Virus record (IMG/VR): IMGVR_UViG_3300042305_001773 | Span: 141,045 to 205,044 of that record | Reading direction: 5' to 3' (one strand) | Length of the DNA: 64,000 bases | In this document: positions 14,707-23,419 of the stretch, one piece after another | How positions within the stretch are numbered: the first letter of the stretch is position 1 | How the letters are laid out: each line of letters starts with the position of its first letter | Made by a program: the position numbers and the translations under genes | The notes under the pieces: generated by a model | What the model saw: the letters and a program-made list of their open reading frames with translations, nothing else | Told to the model about the DNA's origin: nothing | Databases searched by the model: none

Positions 14707-17340
14707 TTATCCAATGTCCCGGGCAAGGTCAGCTGCAGGTAACAAATATTGATCGCACCAACTGCTGTCAACAAGAATACCCGGCAGGTTGCGCACCGCT
14801 TCCTCTCCGCCGAAAACTCCGCGACGCGTCAATAGTTTAACAAGCCAGAGCCAGTTTGGGGCTAGTGCTTTTCTATCGTAAAAGTAGCGATTGACCGCAC
14901 GCTGGTTCAACCACCAATGCGTTTTTTTACGCACAATGTAGTTATTGGGCTGGCCGACCTTTCTTGCCCGCGGCAATACAGCTAACGCGCCGGTTTGAAC
15001 AGCGGTTGTTAACTCTGCAAAAAACGACAAATCAGCTTCGTTTTGCGTGATTAAATGTTTGCAGGCGTAGTCGAGCTGGAATGCGCTGCCATACGTTTCT
15101 TGCAGCCAGTCGTGCAGGTCGGTAAGCACGGCTAATGCGGTCACCGGATTTGTCAGGCTAATGCGCATACGTTGACGCATCGCACGCTGAATATAGCCGG
15201 GCAAAATATACGCCAGCGGCGCAAAATCAGTTTTAAGCGGCGCCGCACCGCAAATAATCTGCCAGCCATACATTGGCGCAATTGCCGCAGCCGTATGCGC
15301 CAGATGTACAAGCACGGGCCGGTTATGGCAGCGCGGTATCGTCAGACTCAGGCTGGTCGCGTCGAATACGCTAGCAACAGTTGTCGGCCACGCTAACTCC
15401 GCTGTGCGAGAGTACACTGCAGCGCTTGCGGACGCCCGGTGCAAAATATCAATACGCTGATGCGGGCAGCCAAGGACAGTCGCGATTTGTTGCGCGACGG
15501 CAAAGCTGTCGCCTGTAAAACCAGTGGCTACAGGATCGCGCCGCAAGATCGGGTCTACAAGATCCGCGATAATGGTTGCCGCAACAGTCCAGACAAATGC
15601 GTTCTCTTGGCTAGGCGTTAAGAACTGGCGGATGGCCGGCGGGGCAACTGCCACCGGTTCAGGGAATATGGCATGTTTGTTTTTTTCGCTTGGCTGGTTT
15701 GGCGCTGATGGCGCGCCGTCAGCGGCTAGCTCGTAGTTTGCAAAACGAAATACGCTTGCGCGGTCATCCCAACCCAACCTGTTGGAGACGCACACCAGTT
15801 CTGGTTTACTCAAACCGATGGCGAGCAAATGGCTTCTGCTGTTCCACCGACTGTCGTACAGCATCACTTTTTTGTGTGACGCCACTACGCCAGCTGCATA
15901 CGCCAGCAGCCCAGCCCGTTCGATTTTAAACGCGTTGTCGGCAAAATTGATTTCTTCGCCGTTGAGATAGATTGTACCGGCGTATGTTTTTTCGCCGTCG
16001 TCGGCTTGCGTGATCTTACTGATAACAATGTTCGCGTCGCAGATGTGGTGATTTGTAACGCTCCACCAGCCGTCAGCCTTTGGAATAACGGTATGTCGCC
16101 ACGGCTGGGGCGCGGTTGGGGTAATGTGCTTGGACGTCTTGACGTGTGTTAACACTCGATCTGAAAAGCCGGGAGAAAAGTTACTACCAATTTTGTTTAA
16201 GAACGGCACTAACTTGTCTGGCGGTATTGTGAGCCGCGTCGCAAACGAGTGCGCCGCGATTTCATTCATCTGGCCAAGCGCGTTGCTCAGCCGGCTTTGC
16301 CACGTCTCGGCATTTCTACGAATTGAGACTAGCCGCGTCATTGCGTCTGTAGCCAGCCTGTTTTTTACGCGCTGGTTTTGCGCGACGATAGCGACGTAGC
16401 CACGGGCGTTGGCTGTACGGCTGATTAGTTCCGGCGACACTAAATGACTCTGAAAGATTCGCGGGACTGGCGCAAATGAACACCAGCTACCGCCCCAGCT
16501 ATTTGCCTCGACACCTGTATAACTCGCCATGACAGGCAGCAACGACTGCCCGCGGCGCAACATTTCACACTGCATACTCAGCGCCCACATCGGATCGTCT
16601 ACGACGAATTGCGTGCTCTTTAGCGGTTCGGCGGCGGGAAGAAGTGCCGTACGCAATAAGAAGTAACCGGCTTCTGGGCGACTGCGCTTGTACTGGTTTA
16701 GCGAGATAAAGTTTTGCTTGGCCATAAACTGCTCGTCGTACTGCACGACCAGAAAGCCGGTTATACGCCCGGGTAGGTCATAATACGGGAACACAAGGCT
16801 GGCGCCGTTTTCGCGCACGGGGCTAATAAGCGGCCGGCGCACAAAGCGTTGGAGTGTGTCTATCTGTTCTTTGTACGCCACACCGACAAGTCCGGCAGCG
16901 TCTATTTCTGGATATACACCAAGCTCGCGCAAGCGGCAGGCAATAACGTCGTCGTGGTGTCCCCAAATTTGCGCTTCGGCGTCAAACCAGAACTGCTCAA
17001 ATTTTTCAAAGCGTTCAATTGCCCGGGCGTACTCGACGACCGCATTATCTTTTTCGGCCGGGTTTATAGCGTTTAACTCGATAAAACGGGCGATCGCTAC
17101 ATCCGGGCTTGTATTCCATAATGCCGCGCCAAACGTTATGATATCTCCATGGGCCGAGCACGAATTACAGTGCAGCCAAATACCGTTAGTGCTTGCGTCG
17201 TCGAACAGGTGTAGCGTATTTTTTTGACATAGCGGACAACTGACGACAGCCGGGAAAACCAACTGGTCCGGCGCAATGCCCAACGCCGACAGGGCAATCG
17301 CGTGGTGTTGGCGGCCAATTAAACAGGTAGGAAATCCCAT
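14707..17340 (-). CDS. degenerate primase-helicase-like protein (Zn ribbon, DnaG-like core, DUF927-like C-terminus)
   Basis: CPLC...HCNSC; VFPYYDLPGRITGF; VVDDPMWAL in place of TOPRIM EG..D; LGWDD...F; GFTGDSF in place of Walker A. Confidence 0.55.
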   Translation of the reverse strand: MGFPTCLIGRQHHAIALSALGIAPDQLVFPAVVSCPLCQKNTLHLFDDASTNGIWLHCNSCSAHGDIITFGAALWNTSPDVAIARFIELNAINPAEKDNAVVEYARAIERFEKFEQFWFDAEAQIWGHHDDVIACRLRELGVYPEIDAAGLVGVAYKEQIDTLQRFVRRPLISPVRENGASLVFPYYDLPGRITGFLVVQYDEQFMAKQNFISLNQYKRSRPEAGYFLLRTALLPAAEPLKSTQFVVDDPMWALSMQCEMLRRGQSLLPVMASYTGVEANSWGGSWCSFAPVPRIFQSHLVSPELISRTANARGYVAIVAQNQRVKNRLATDAMTRLVSIRRNAETWQSRLSNALGQMNEIAAHSFATRLTIPPDKLVPFLNKIGSNFSPGFSDRVLTHVKTSKHITPTAPQPWRHTVIPKADGWWSVTNHHICDANIVISKITQADDGEKTYAGTIYLNGEEINFADNAFKIERAGLLAYAAGVVASHKKVMLYDSRWNSRSHLLAIGLSKPELVCVSNRLGWDDRASVFRFANYELAADGAPSAPNQPSEKNKHAIFPEPVAVAPPAIRQFLTPSQENAFVWTVAATIIADLVDPILRRDPVATGFTGDSFAVAQQIATVLGCPHQRIDILHRASASAAVYSRTAELAWPTTVASVFDATSLSLTIPRCHNRPVLVHLAHTAAAIAPMYGWQIICGAAPLKTDFAPLAYILPGYIQRAMRQRMRISLTNPVTALAVLTDLHDWLQETYGSAFQLDYACKHLITQNEADLSFFAELTTAVQTGALAVLPRARKVGQPNNYIVRKKTHWWLNQRAVNRYFYDRKALAPNWLWLVKLLTRRGVFGGEEAVRNLPGILVDSSWCDQYLLPAADLARDIG

Positions 17341-18520
17341 GACAAATATCCCGCTCGATCAAGCGCACGACGTCAGTGGCCGCGAAACCCACAGGCTGAC
17401 TACCCTGTATCCGCAACCTGACTTTGTAAAAAATGCCGCGCACGAAAAACTAAGCAGTGCCGCGGATTTACCACGCCATCTATACGCTGATCAGCGCCAT
17501 AAACTTTATCCGTGCCATACTGCCCCTGCAACATGGATGTCGGCGCTTTTCTTTGCTGACAAGCAAGCGCAGTTCGACGCCAAGGAGGCAGCGGCTATTC
17601 AATCTAAGATACACCAAGCCGCCGAGTATTTTGGTATTCGCGGGGCTGTGGCGGAACTAGAAGAGAAGATTGCGGCCAGCTCGGCGCAGGATATTAACAG
17701 TTTGCCGGACTCGGAGTTCGCCATCGTGTGGGTCAGCGAGGTGGGCGGTAAAGAGCGCCACTGGCCGCTGCGGAACGCCGAGGAAGTCAAGTTCGCTGCG
17801 GCGCATTTTAAGACATTCCGCGACAACTTTGTGTTCGACGACCGGCACGTGATCGCCACCAAGATCCTCGAAAAGGCCGCGCAATACGGCGCCGACGTTT
17901 CGGGCGCTGAGGGCTCGCTAGAGCTGGCGGCTGGTCTGGGTGCGTGCGCCGCCAAGGTCGCGAGCGACATGATCAAAGACCGCGTAGGGCTCACCCGCCG
18001 GCAGCATTCGCAGCTGGCAGGCGAGTTGTCCAAGTTAGCCGAGGTTATCGACCAGAACCCTGAAAGGGCTCGTACGGTCGAGATGCGGCTAAAGTTGGCG
18101 AGCGCGGTCGATAATTTCGATAGAAGCACCAACCTCTATCGCCTGTACGACGCCGGCGGCCTACCGCGGCCGGAAGAAGTCCTGTTTGCCATTACTGAAA
18201 AGGTGGCGCGCGACTTTTTAGATAGCAATGTCGAAACCACCACCGGCAACGTCTACGCCCTCACTGATTTAGAGAAACTAGCGGTTGAAGACGTACGCGA
18301 GTGGCTTGGCGACGACTTTGCAGACGCGGTAAGTGCCGGCGGCGTATACATGGACCGCGACAAGCTGGCGGCGATTGTGCCCACGCTTGACCGTGGCATG
18401 GCTACCATGCTGGACCGGCTCATGCAGGACAAGTCTGCTGCGCCGGTTGTGAAGTCAGCGTCGGCGGCCAGTAACCTTCTTTCGCTTGCTCGCCTGCACG
18501 AGCTTGCGGCTGGCGGTTGA
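17339..18520 (+). CDS. probable virion/head protein with two DUF6582-like repeats
   Basis: LP...(Y/F)A.....R.(Y/W)P......A..F ... I..AA.(F/Y)G occurs twice; AGGA SD before the ATG at 17339. Confidence 0.65.
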   Translation: MTNIPLDQAHDVSGRETHRLTTLYPQPDFVKNAAHEKLSSAADLPRHLYADQRHKLYPCHTAPATWMSALFFADKQAQFDAKEAAAIQSKIHQAAEYFGIRGAVAELEEKIAASSAQDINSLPDSEFAIVWVSEVGGKERHWPLRNAEEVKFAAAHFKTFRDNFVFDDRHVIATKILEKAAQYGADVSGAEGSLELAAGLGACAAKVASDMIKDRVGLTRRQHSQLAGELSKLAEVIDQNPERARTVEMRLKLASAVDNFDRSTNLYRLYDAGGLPRPEEVLFAITEKVARDFLDSNVETTTGNVYALTDLEKLAVEDVREWLGDDFADAVSAGGVYMDRDKLAAIVPTLDRGMATMLDRLMQDKSAAPVVKSASAASNLLSLARLHELAAGG

Positions 18521-18985
18521 CGCTTTCTTTTTTGGCTTACGCTTTTTGACAGGCGGATTAAACAACGTCCGTATGCGACTGAGCACGGCGGTGTCGGCGG
18601 TGCGTTTGTAATTCACCACGTCCCACGCTTGATCAACGTGATACGTAAGCGCGCCTTCTAGGCGGCCAACACGACGCTGGTGTTCTAAGTCGTGAAGCAA
18701 GCTATACGCCGGATTGTACCACTTCCACGCGGCGTTCTTTACCTCATCAGCCGCCGAAATTTCAAATACCTCATGCGTGCGCTTGTCGATAATCATCTGC
18801 GCGCTGGCGGTAACTTTCGCGGGTGTTCCCGGTCGACGCTGTTGATCGTAAACCGCGTCAATAATGATTGCGTTCTTGCCGTAGCAGTTCCACAAAAATT
18901 GCGTAACTTCTTGAATGCGATAATTGCATGCCCGGAAAAACTCGGCTATCCGCGCTACACCCGCGTGGTCTATTTGAATGCTCAC
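18455..18985 (-). CDS. hypothetical protein with basic C-terminal tail
   Basis: 176-aa ORF; its 3' end overlaps the convergent plus-strand gene. Confidence 0.6.
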   Translation of the reverse strand: MSIQIDHAGVARIAEFFRACNYRIQEVTQFLWNCYGKNAIIIDAVYDQQRRPGTPAKVTASAQMIIDKRTHEVFEISAADEVKNAAWKWYNPAYSLLHDLEHQRRVGRLEGALTYHVDQAWDVVNYKRTADTAVLSRIRTLFNPPVKKRKPKKKASTASRKLVQASKRKKVTGRRR

Positions 18986-19230
18986 TGGAAAACTAACTCC
19001 TTTAGCTTTGTAAGTAACCTACGCACACTCCAGCGCGGAGTTGCGGTAACCGGCTGCGTACTCACAGTGCCGGGCTCAACGTTCTGAGAAGATAAGCCGC
19101 CCGTTTGTTCGTCTAACTCGCTGCGGCAGTATTCGAGATAGAGTTGCCAGTTGTCGTAGGCATCTCTGTCTTCGGCTCGTTCGTATGGGATGTAGGGGGG
19201 TTCGTCAGGGACTCTGTCGTTCCAGCCCAT
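18982..19230 (-). CDS. hypothetical protein
   Basis: AAGGA SD; stop overlaps the next start; overlaps the csrA tail by 118 nt. Confidence 0.5.
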   Translation of the reverse strand: MGWNDRVPDEPPYIPYERAEDRDAYDNWQLYLEYCRSELDEQTGGLSSQNVEPGTVSTQPVTATPRWSVRRLLTKLKELVFQ

Positions 19231-19403
19231 TGTTTGGTGTCCTTCTTTTTGCTCCCGTCAATTAATTCGCCACGCACGATTGATGTCGTTTGCGGCGCCG
19301 TTAGTCCAATCTTGACGCGATCGCCTGTGATTCCCAAAACCTTCACGACGATCCCATCGCCAATTACGACTTCCTGTTCTTTCTTCCTTGAGAGTACAAG
19401 CAT
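19113..19403 (-). CDS. csrA: carbon storage regulator CsrA homolog
   Basis: MLVLSRK.....VIGD.I.V.VL...GD.V.IG..AP....I.R.EL. Confidence 0.9.
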   Translation of the reverse strand: MLVLSRKKEQEVVIGDGIVVKVLGITGDRVKIGLTAPQTTSIVRGELIDGSKKKDTKQWAGTTESLTNPPTSHTNEPKTEMPTTTGNSISNTAAAS

Positions 19404-19413
19404 TGTGTCACCA

Positions 19414-20085
19414 TCATGATGTGGCTGAACCTTGTAACATTTTTACGACATACTCCGTGTTGCCGTTTTTAAGGTCCAGTGCGGCCATTTGTTTAATAAG
19501 TAAACCCGTTTTCAATCGAATCGACTGGTTAATGTCTTCTGTCTTTCCCGCTTCAAAATCGTAGACCGCATTAAACATCGTTGGGTCATCTGAGAAATCT
19601 GTGATGTTGGGGCTGACCCGCGCGGCCCGCAACGCGATACGAAGAATGTCAGGGGCGTTGATGATCCCCTCGCTGTCTAAAACGGCGCCGATGTAGCCGC
19701 GCACTTCGTCTGTGAACGGTTCTTTGTCGTCGTCTTCCGGCGGGCTGATCAGCAACGCCTCTGTAATACCCCACGCAACTTCTTCAGCGTCTGCGGGGTC
19801 CCACATATCTGGGCGGTATGTGTCACCACCCAGCACGTTGCAGAACGTTACGAAGTCCGGCAGGCTCTTAAAAAACTTGTCGGTCGTGAGGATCTGGATC
19901 GCGACTAACAGCTTGTCGAGCGCTAGCTGCGGTAGTTCGACGTCGAACTCCTCTTCGATTTCGAGGGTGATCGTCGCCGGGTCCCAGTCCAGCGCTTCGA
20001 TGCCGAACTTATCCAGAAACAGGGTCAGTAGAACGCTCGCAAACGTCTCCCTGCTTTTCCAAGCTTCCTGCGCTATTGTCGCCAT
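19414..20085 (-). CDS. conserved hypothetical phage protein (possibly structural)
   Basis: 223 aa, well-formed; WDP.TI..EI...F.V ... F..FCNVL pattern. Confidence 0.7.
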   Translation of the reverse strand: MATIAQEAWKSRETFASVLLTLFLDKFGIEALDWDPATITLEIEEEFDVELPQLALDKLLVAIQILTTDKFFKSLPDFVTFCNVLGGDTYRPDMWDPADAEEVAWGITEALLISPPEDDDKEPFTDEVRGYIGAVLDSEGIINAPDILRIALRAARVSPNITDFSDDPTMFNAVYDFEAGKTEDINQSIRLKTGLLIKQMAALDLKNGNTEYVVKMLQGSATS

Positions 20086-20530
20086 TAAGACCGTTCCTGC
20101 TCTTGATGATCTGCACGCCCCGGCGGTACAGCTCTTCTAGATTATACGCAATCGTCTCCAGTGGTGGCCTAGGCAGCTGCGCTACGCTATCGCCAGACTC
20201 CAGCGAAATCCAGCCCGTTGCGCCGGACCACGTGGCGTACCGGCCGTCTGCGAACGCCAGCTGGTCGCCGCACGGACTGCCAGTCAGGCCCAGCTCGGTT
20301 CTGGTGGCGCGCAGCCGCTCTCCGATCAACAGCCGCTGTTCGCTGGATAGGAACTGGAGGTTTTCTAGCATGTCGGCGAGCAGCAGATAGAACACCGCCT
20401 CTTTGTCCACATAGTCGCCGCCGGCGGCAAATCCGCGCTGTAAAACCGCGGTGAATACGCTGCGAATTTGCAACTTGCTAAGTTTTATGACGCGCATTAC
20501 CATATCAAGCGTCAGGTCTGTTTCTTCCAT
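20009..20530 (-). CDS. hypothetical protein
   Basis: The 3' part of the 251-aa ORF; its 5' extension is antisense to the plus-strand gene at 20541; start uncertain. Confidence 0.55.
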   Translation of the reverse strand: MEETDLTLDMVMRVIKLSKLQIRSVFTAVLQRGFAAGGDYVDKEAVFYLLLADMLENLQFLSSEQRLLIGERLRATRTELGLTGSPCGDQLAFADGRYATWSGATGWISLESGDSVAQLPRPPLETIAYNLEELYRRGVQIIKSRNGLNGDNSAGSLEKQGDVCERSTDPVSG

Positions 20531-20540
20531 GGAGGTATTT

Positions 20541-20819
20541 ATGTCCGTTTCCATCATTGACGGCCTTTCTAATGTCACGCAGGGTCGCGCCGAGATTATC
20601 GTCAGCGGCGATGGTATCGAGGAGCTGCTGTCGGCTGCAACTGCGAATGTTGTGCTGCAGAAAGCAGCGGAAGCCGGACTGCACCGGCCGGGCGTGTCCA
20701 GCGCGAGCGGGCCGTACCCGGTTGACGCCGAGGGCAAGACCGACGATGACTTGCTCATGGGCAAGCGCGGGCCGGTCGCGGGCTACCGCCGAGATTTTGT
20801 TATCTTGGCGTCGCTCTGA
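20541..20819 (+). CDS. small hypothetical protein
   Basis: GGAGG SD 5 nt before the ATG at 20541. Confidence 0.7.
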   Translation: MSVSIIDGLSNVTQGRAEIIVSGDGIEELLSAATANVVLQKAAEAGLHRPGVSSASGPYPVDAEGKTDDDLLMGKRGPVAGYRRDFVILASL

Positions 20820-21149
20820 TCAGACGTCGTCCGGGCGGTCAATGACGAGCATGTCTGTAGGCATACCGTTGTCAAACGTGATGACGGCAAAGCATACAGG
20901 CGTCCTGCAATCTATATCGAGCTTCTTAGCGCGGGCATAGCCGGCGCGGAAGCTCGTTTTCTTTGCAGCGGTCATCGCGTCTGTTTTTGTTTTGAACAGC
21001 CCGATCGGCACGTCGTCCATTGTGTGTCGCCACACGACGAGGTAGCCGGTAAGGCCGGGCACAACTTCTGTGCCTTTTGGTTTGCGCAGTAGTTTATTCT
21101 CACCCGAGGCGCGCGGAGCGCGCCTCTTCTTTTGCATTTTTACTTTCAT
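20820..21149 (-). CDS. hypothetical protein
   Basis: 109 aa, basic N-terminus, overlaps the upstream stop. Confidence 0.6.
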   Translation of the reverse strand: MKVKMQKKRRAPRASGENKLLRKPKGTEVVPGLTGYLVVWRHTMDDVPIGLFKTKTDAMTAAKKTSFRAGYARAKKLDIDCRTPVCFAVITFDNGMPTDMLVIDRPDDV

Positions 21150-21619
21150 TCTTCTACTCCAAACTTGTCGATATGCGCCAGTCTGGCGCAGTAGAACTCC
21201 GCTACAAGCCCGGCTACGTTGCCGAACCGTTTGACCATGTCGGGAATCACCTGATCATTAAACACGCGCAGAATGACTTTTCGAAATTTGGCGATTGCTT
21301 CTTTTGTGTAACCTTCTGCGCGAGCTTTTTCAGCGGCTTTACGAATATCCTCGTTGCCGTCGAGTTGAAGCTGGAGATACGCCGGATTTACAAACTCGAT
21401 AATGTGCCCGTAGACCTGCCGGACCGCGTAGGAGCACGGCACGTCAAAAACACCGCGCCCGGGCCAGCGCTCGCCGTTAACCTCGTCGTCTGACAGGTAC
21501 CGCAGCTTTCCCAGCGTCCAACCGAATGCCGCTGCGTCATCATTCGGTGCAGCCATGACAAAGGCTGGTTTTGGCGCTGGTGGTTGCTTGTCTAGTTTTG
21601 CTTTGCTTTTACGCGCCAT
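21146..21619 (-). CDS. hypothetical protein
   Basis: 157-aa ORF. Confidence 0.65.
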   Translation of the reverse strand: MARKSKAKLDKQPPAPKPAFVMAAPNDDAAAFGWTLGKLRYLSDDEVNGERWPGRGVFDVPCSYAVRQVYGHIIEFVNPAYLQLQLDGNEDIRKAAEKARAEGYTKEAIAKFRKVILRVFNDQVIPDMVKRFGNVAGLVAEFYCARLAHIDKFGVEE

Positions 21620-21653
21620 AATTCACAATAGCTAAGGAAAATTGGGACAGTTT

Positions 21654-21730
21654 TGTTCTGACCGTGTAGCCGGGAGTCACATCAGCCGTCATAAGACGAA
21701 TAGATGTGTCCCGACTACACAGTCAGAACA
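21654..21730 (-). other. long (~28-bp) intergenic RNA hairpin
   Basis: Arms at 21654-21683 and 21703-21730; two mismatches that are G-U only on the minus strand, a 2-nt bulge, and a nested CGTC-TTAT-GACG hairpin in the loop. Confidence 0.7.
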
Positions 21731-21739
21731 CGCCGAAGA

Positions 21740-22114
21740 TCAGTCTCCGGCGGTGCAAGCAAGGTACGCATGGTAGCGCGCTAGTTCCTCAATGTTAGGA
21801 TCAATCTCTCTAAAGACTGGCTCATCATCCATAGTGGCCAGATCACCGCGAAAAAGTGCCGTCGTGTACTCGTGATACAGCCGAGCCATATCACCACGCA
21901 GGTTCTTCTTGGTGAATTTAAGCACGCGCTCCTTCAGAAAGGCGGCGCGTTCCCAGAAGTTCGGCATCAGGTCGAGCTGATCCCGGAACTTCTCTGCAGT
22001 CTTCTCGAAAAGCTTATGCGCCCTATCAGGAACAATCTGAAATTGGGGCACGGCCTTTTTGCATCGAGAGGTGACTGCAAGGCGGATTTGCTCCGCCGGG
22101 GGCGAAAGAAGCAT
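21740..22114 (-). CDS. hypothetical protein
   Basis: GGAG SD before the ATG. Confidence 0.65.
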   Translation of the reverse strand: MLLSPPAEQIRLAVTSRCKKAVPQFQIVPDRAHKLFEKTAEKFRDQLDLMPNFWERAAFLKERVLKFTKKNLRGDMARLYHEYTTALFRGDLATMDDEPVFREIDPNIEELARYHAYLACTAGD

Positions 22115-22298
22115 GCGTTAACTCCGTTGTAACGCGGTAGAGAAGAGCTGCTGATACGACACAGCAGCGACAATAAATATGCCGCGTTTTTGCCGGAAAT
22201 TTAGCGGGCGTCCGCGATTCGCGAATTGCGAAAATGCCTGTGATTACAGGACTTACGGCAAATATTCCAGATTCCAGAACACGCGTGACCGGTGCCGG

Positions 22299-22601
22299 CT
22301 AGAACGTCAACTGGACGACTTGCCCGCCCGCGTTGACATATACGACTCGAACCTTTTTAGCGTCCAGCAGAGATTTGAGTTGCATCTTTTTTTCGCTGCT
22401 CATGCCGGCAAGGCATGATTTAATCTGCGCCATTGCGCTGCGGCGTTTTTCTTGCCGTTTGTGTGCGCAGGCGCCGCAGCCGTTATTGGTCGTGCGAAAC
22501 AATTCGCGCTTATTGTAAAAGCATGGAATCGACTCGGCGTACGACGGGTCGTTTAGTAAAGATATAATTGTGTTGTCTTCGAGCACGACCAGATCGCGCA
22601 T
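22299..22601 (-). CDS. small Cys-containing hypothetical protein
   Basis: GAGG SD before the ATG at 22601; GCGAC motif. Confidence 0.7.
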   Translation of the reverse strand: MRDLVVLEDNTIISLLNDPSYAESIPCFYNKRELFRTTNNGCGACAHKRQEKRRSAMAQIKSCLAGMSSEKKMQLKSLLDAKKVRVVYVNAGGQVVQLTF

Positions 22602-22608
22602 GGCAACC

Positions 22609-23139
22609 TCACGGAGGCGGGGCTTGAACCGGCGGCGTACCGATCCACGTCTGTCCGCCCGGGAGCAGCGTGTCTGCGATATCAAGCGTTGTCTTGAGCC
22701 GCTGTACGTCTTCGGCTACATCTTCAATAAACGCTTTGACTTCAGCGCGCGAGCGCAGCAGCACGTCAACGTAGTTCAGTCGAAACCACGCCGGACGGTA
22801 ATTCGGAAGCGGGTCGTCTTCCGGGTATTCCTCAAGGTCTGTTGGCGAGCATACGTGGTCAAACGCCCCGACCCGTTCTTCTGCTCCCGGTTTGAGGGGC
22901 AGCATTTGATAGGCGAATATTTTTGTCGGCATATCCACCGCGTCACTTGCTGTAATGCGCACGCGAATGCCGTCTGTAGTTTCGTAGTTATACCGGCTGA
23001 CCTGCCACGTTAATTTGACACGCCGAGGATTGCCCGGCGGAGGGGGCGGCGGATCAAGATCGGGGATATAGAAATTGAGCCCAAGCGTTTCCGGCAGCTC
23101 AATGATTCCCTCAATTGGATCTGGTTGGCAGTCTGGCAT
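22609..23139 (-). CDS. hypothetical (likely virion) protein
   Basis: End of the tail/fibre operon; Pro-rich N-terminus. Confidence 0.65.
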   Translation of the reverse strand: MPDCQPDPIEGIIELPETLGLNFYIPDLDPPPPPPGNPRRVKLTWQVSRYNYETTDGIRVRITASDAVDMPTKIFAYQMLPLKPGAEERVGAFDHVCSPTDLEEYPEDDPLPNYRPAWFRLNYVDVLLRSRAEVKAFIEDVAEDVQRLKTTLDIADTLLPGGQTWIGTPPVQAPPP

Positions 23140-23140
23140 G

Positions 23141-23419
23141 TTATTCTTGCTCCGGTAAAACGCGGGCGGTAATGTTAACAGGCCCCGGCGTTGTGGATCG
23201 CACGTACGCCAGCGCTAAGCCCTCGTCGTCGGTTGGTCCCGGTTGTGTTATCTGGGCGGTCGGTACATCGGCCACGATTTCTGTTTGCCGCCCTACGACG
23301 GGCCTGTTCCAGTGATCGCGCAAACGAATTTTGACAACCGCTGCTTTTAGGCCGTCCGCGAGCACCTGCGGTTTTGAGCCGTACAGGATTTTAGAGTTCT
23401 GCGGGCTTACATAGCTCAT
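23141..23419 (-). CDS. stand-alone Ig-like (Big_1/invasin-type) domain protein
   Basis: ADG.....V...LRD....PV.G ... TD..G.A...V.ST.PG.V.ITA.V. Confidence 0.75.
   Translation of the reverse strand: MSYVSPQNSKILYGSKPQVLADGLKAAVVKIRLRDHWNRPVVGRQTEIVADVPTAQITQPGPTDDEGLALAYVRSTTPGPVNITARVLPEQE

Noticed and set aside
22189-22262. tRNA-like 74-nt element
   Set aside because: No T-loop (TTCGA) or D-arm consensus; only two inner stems
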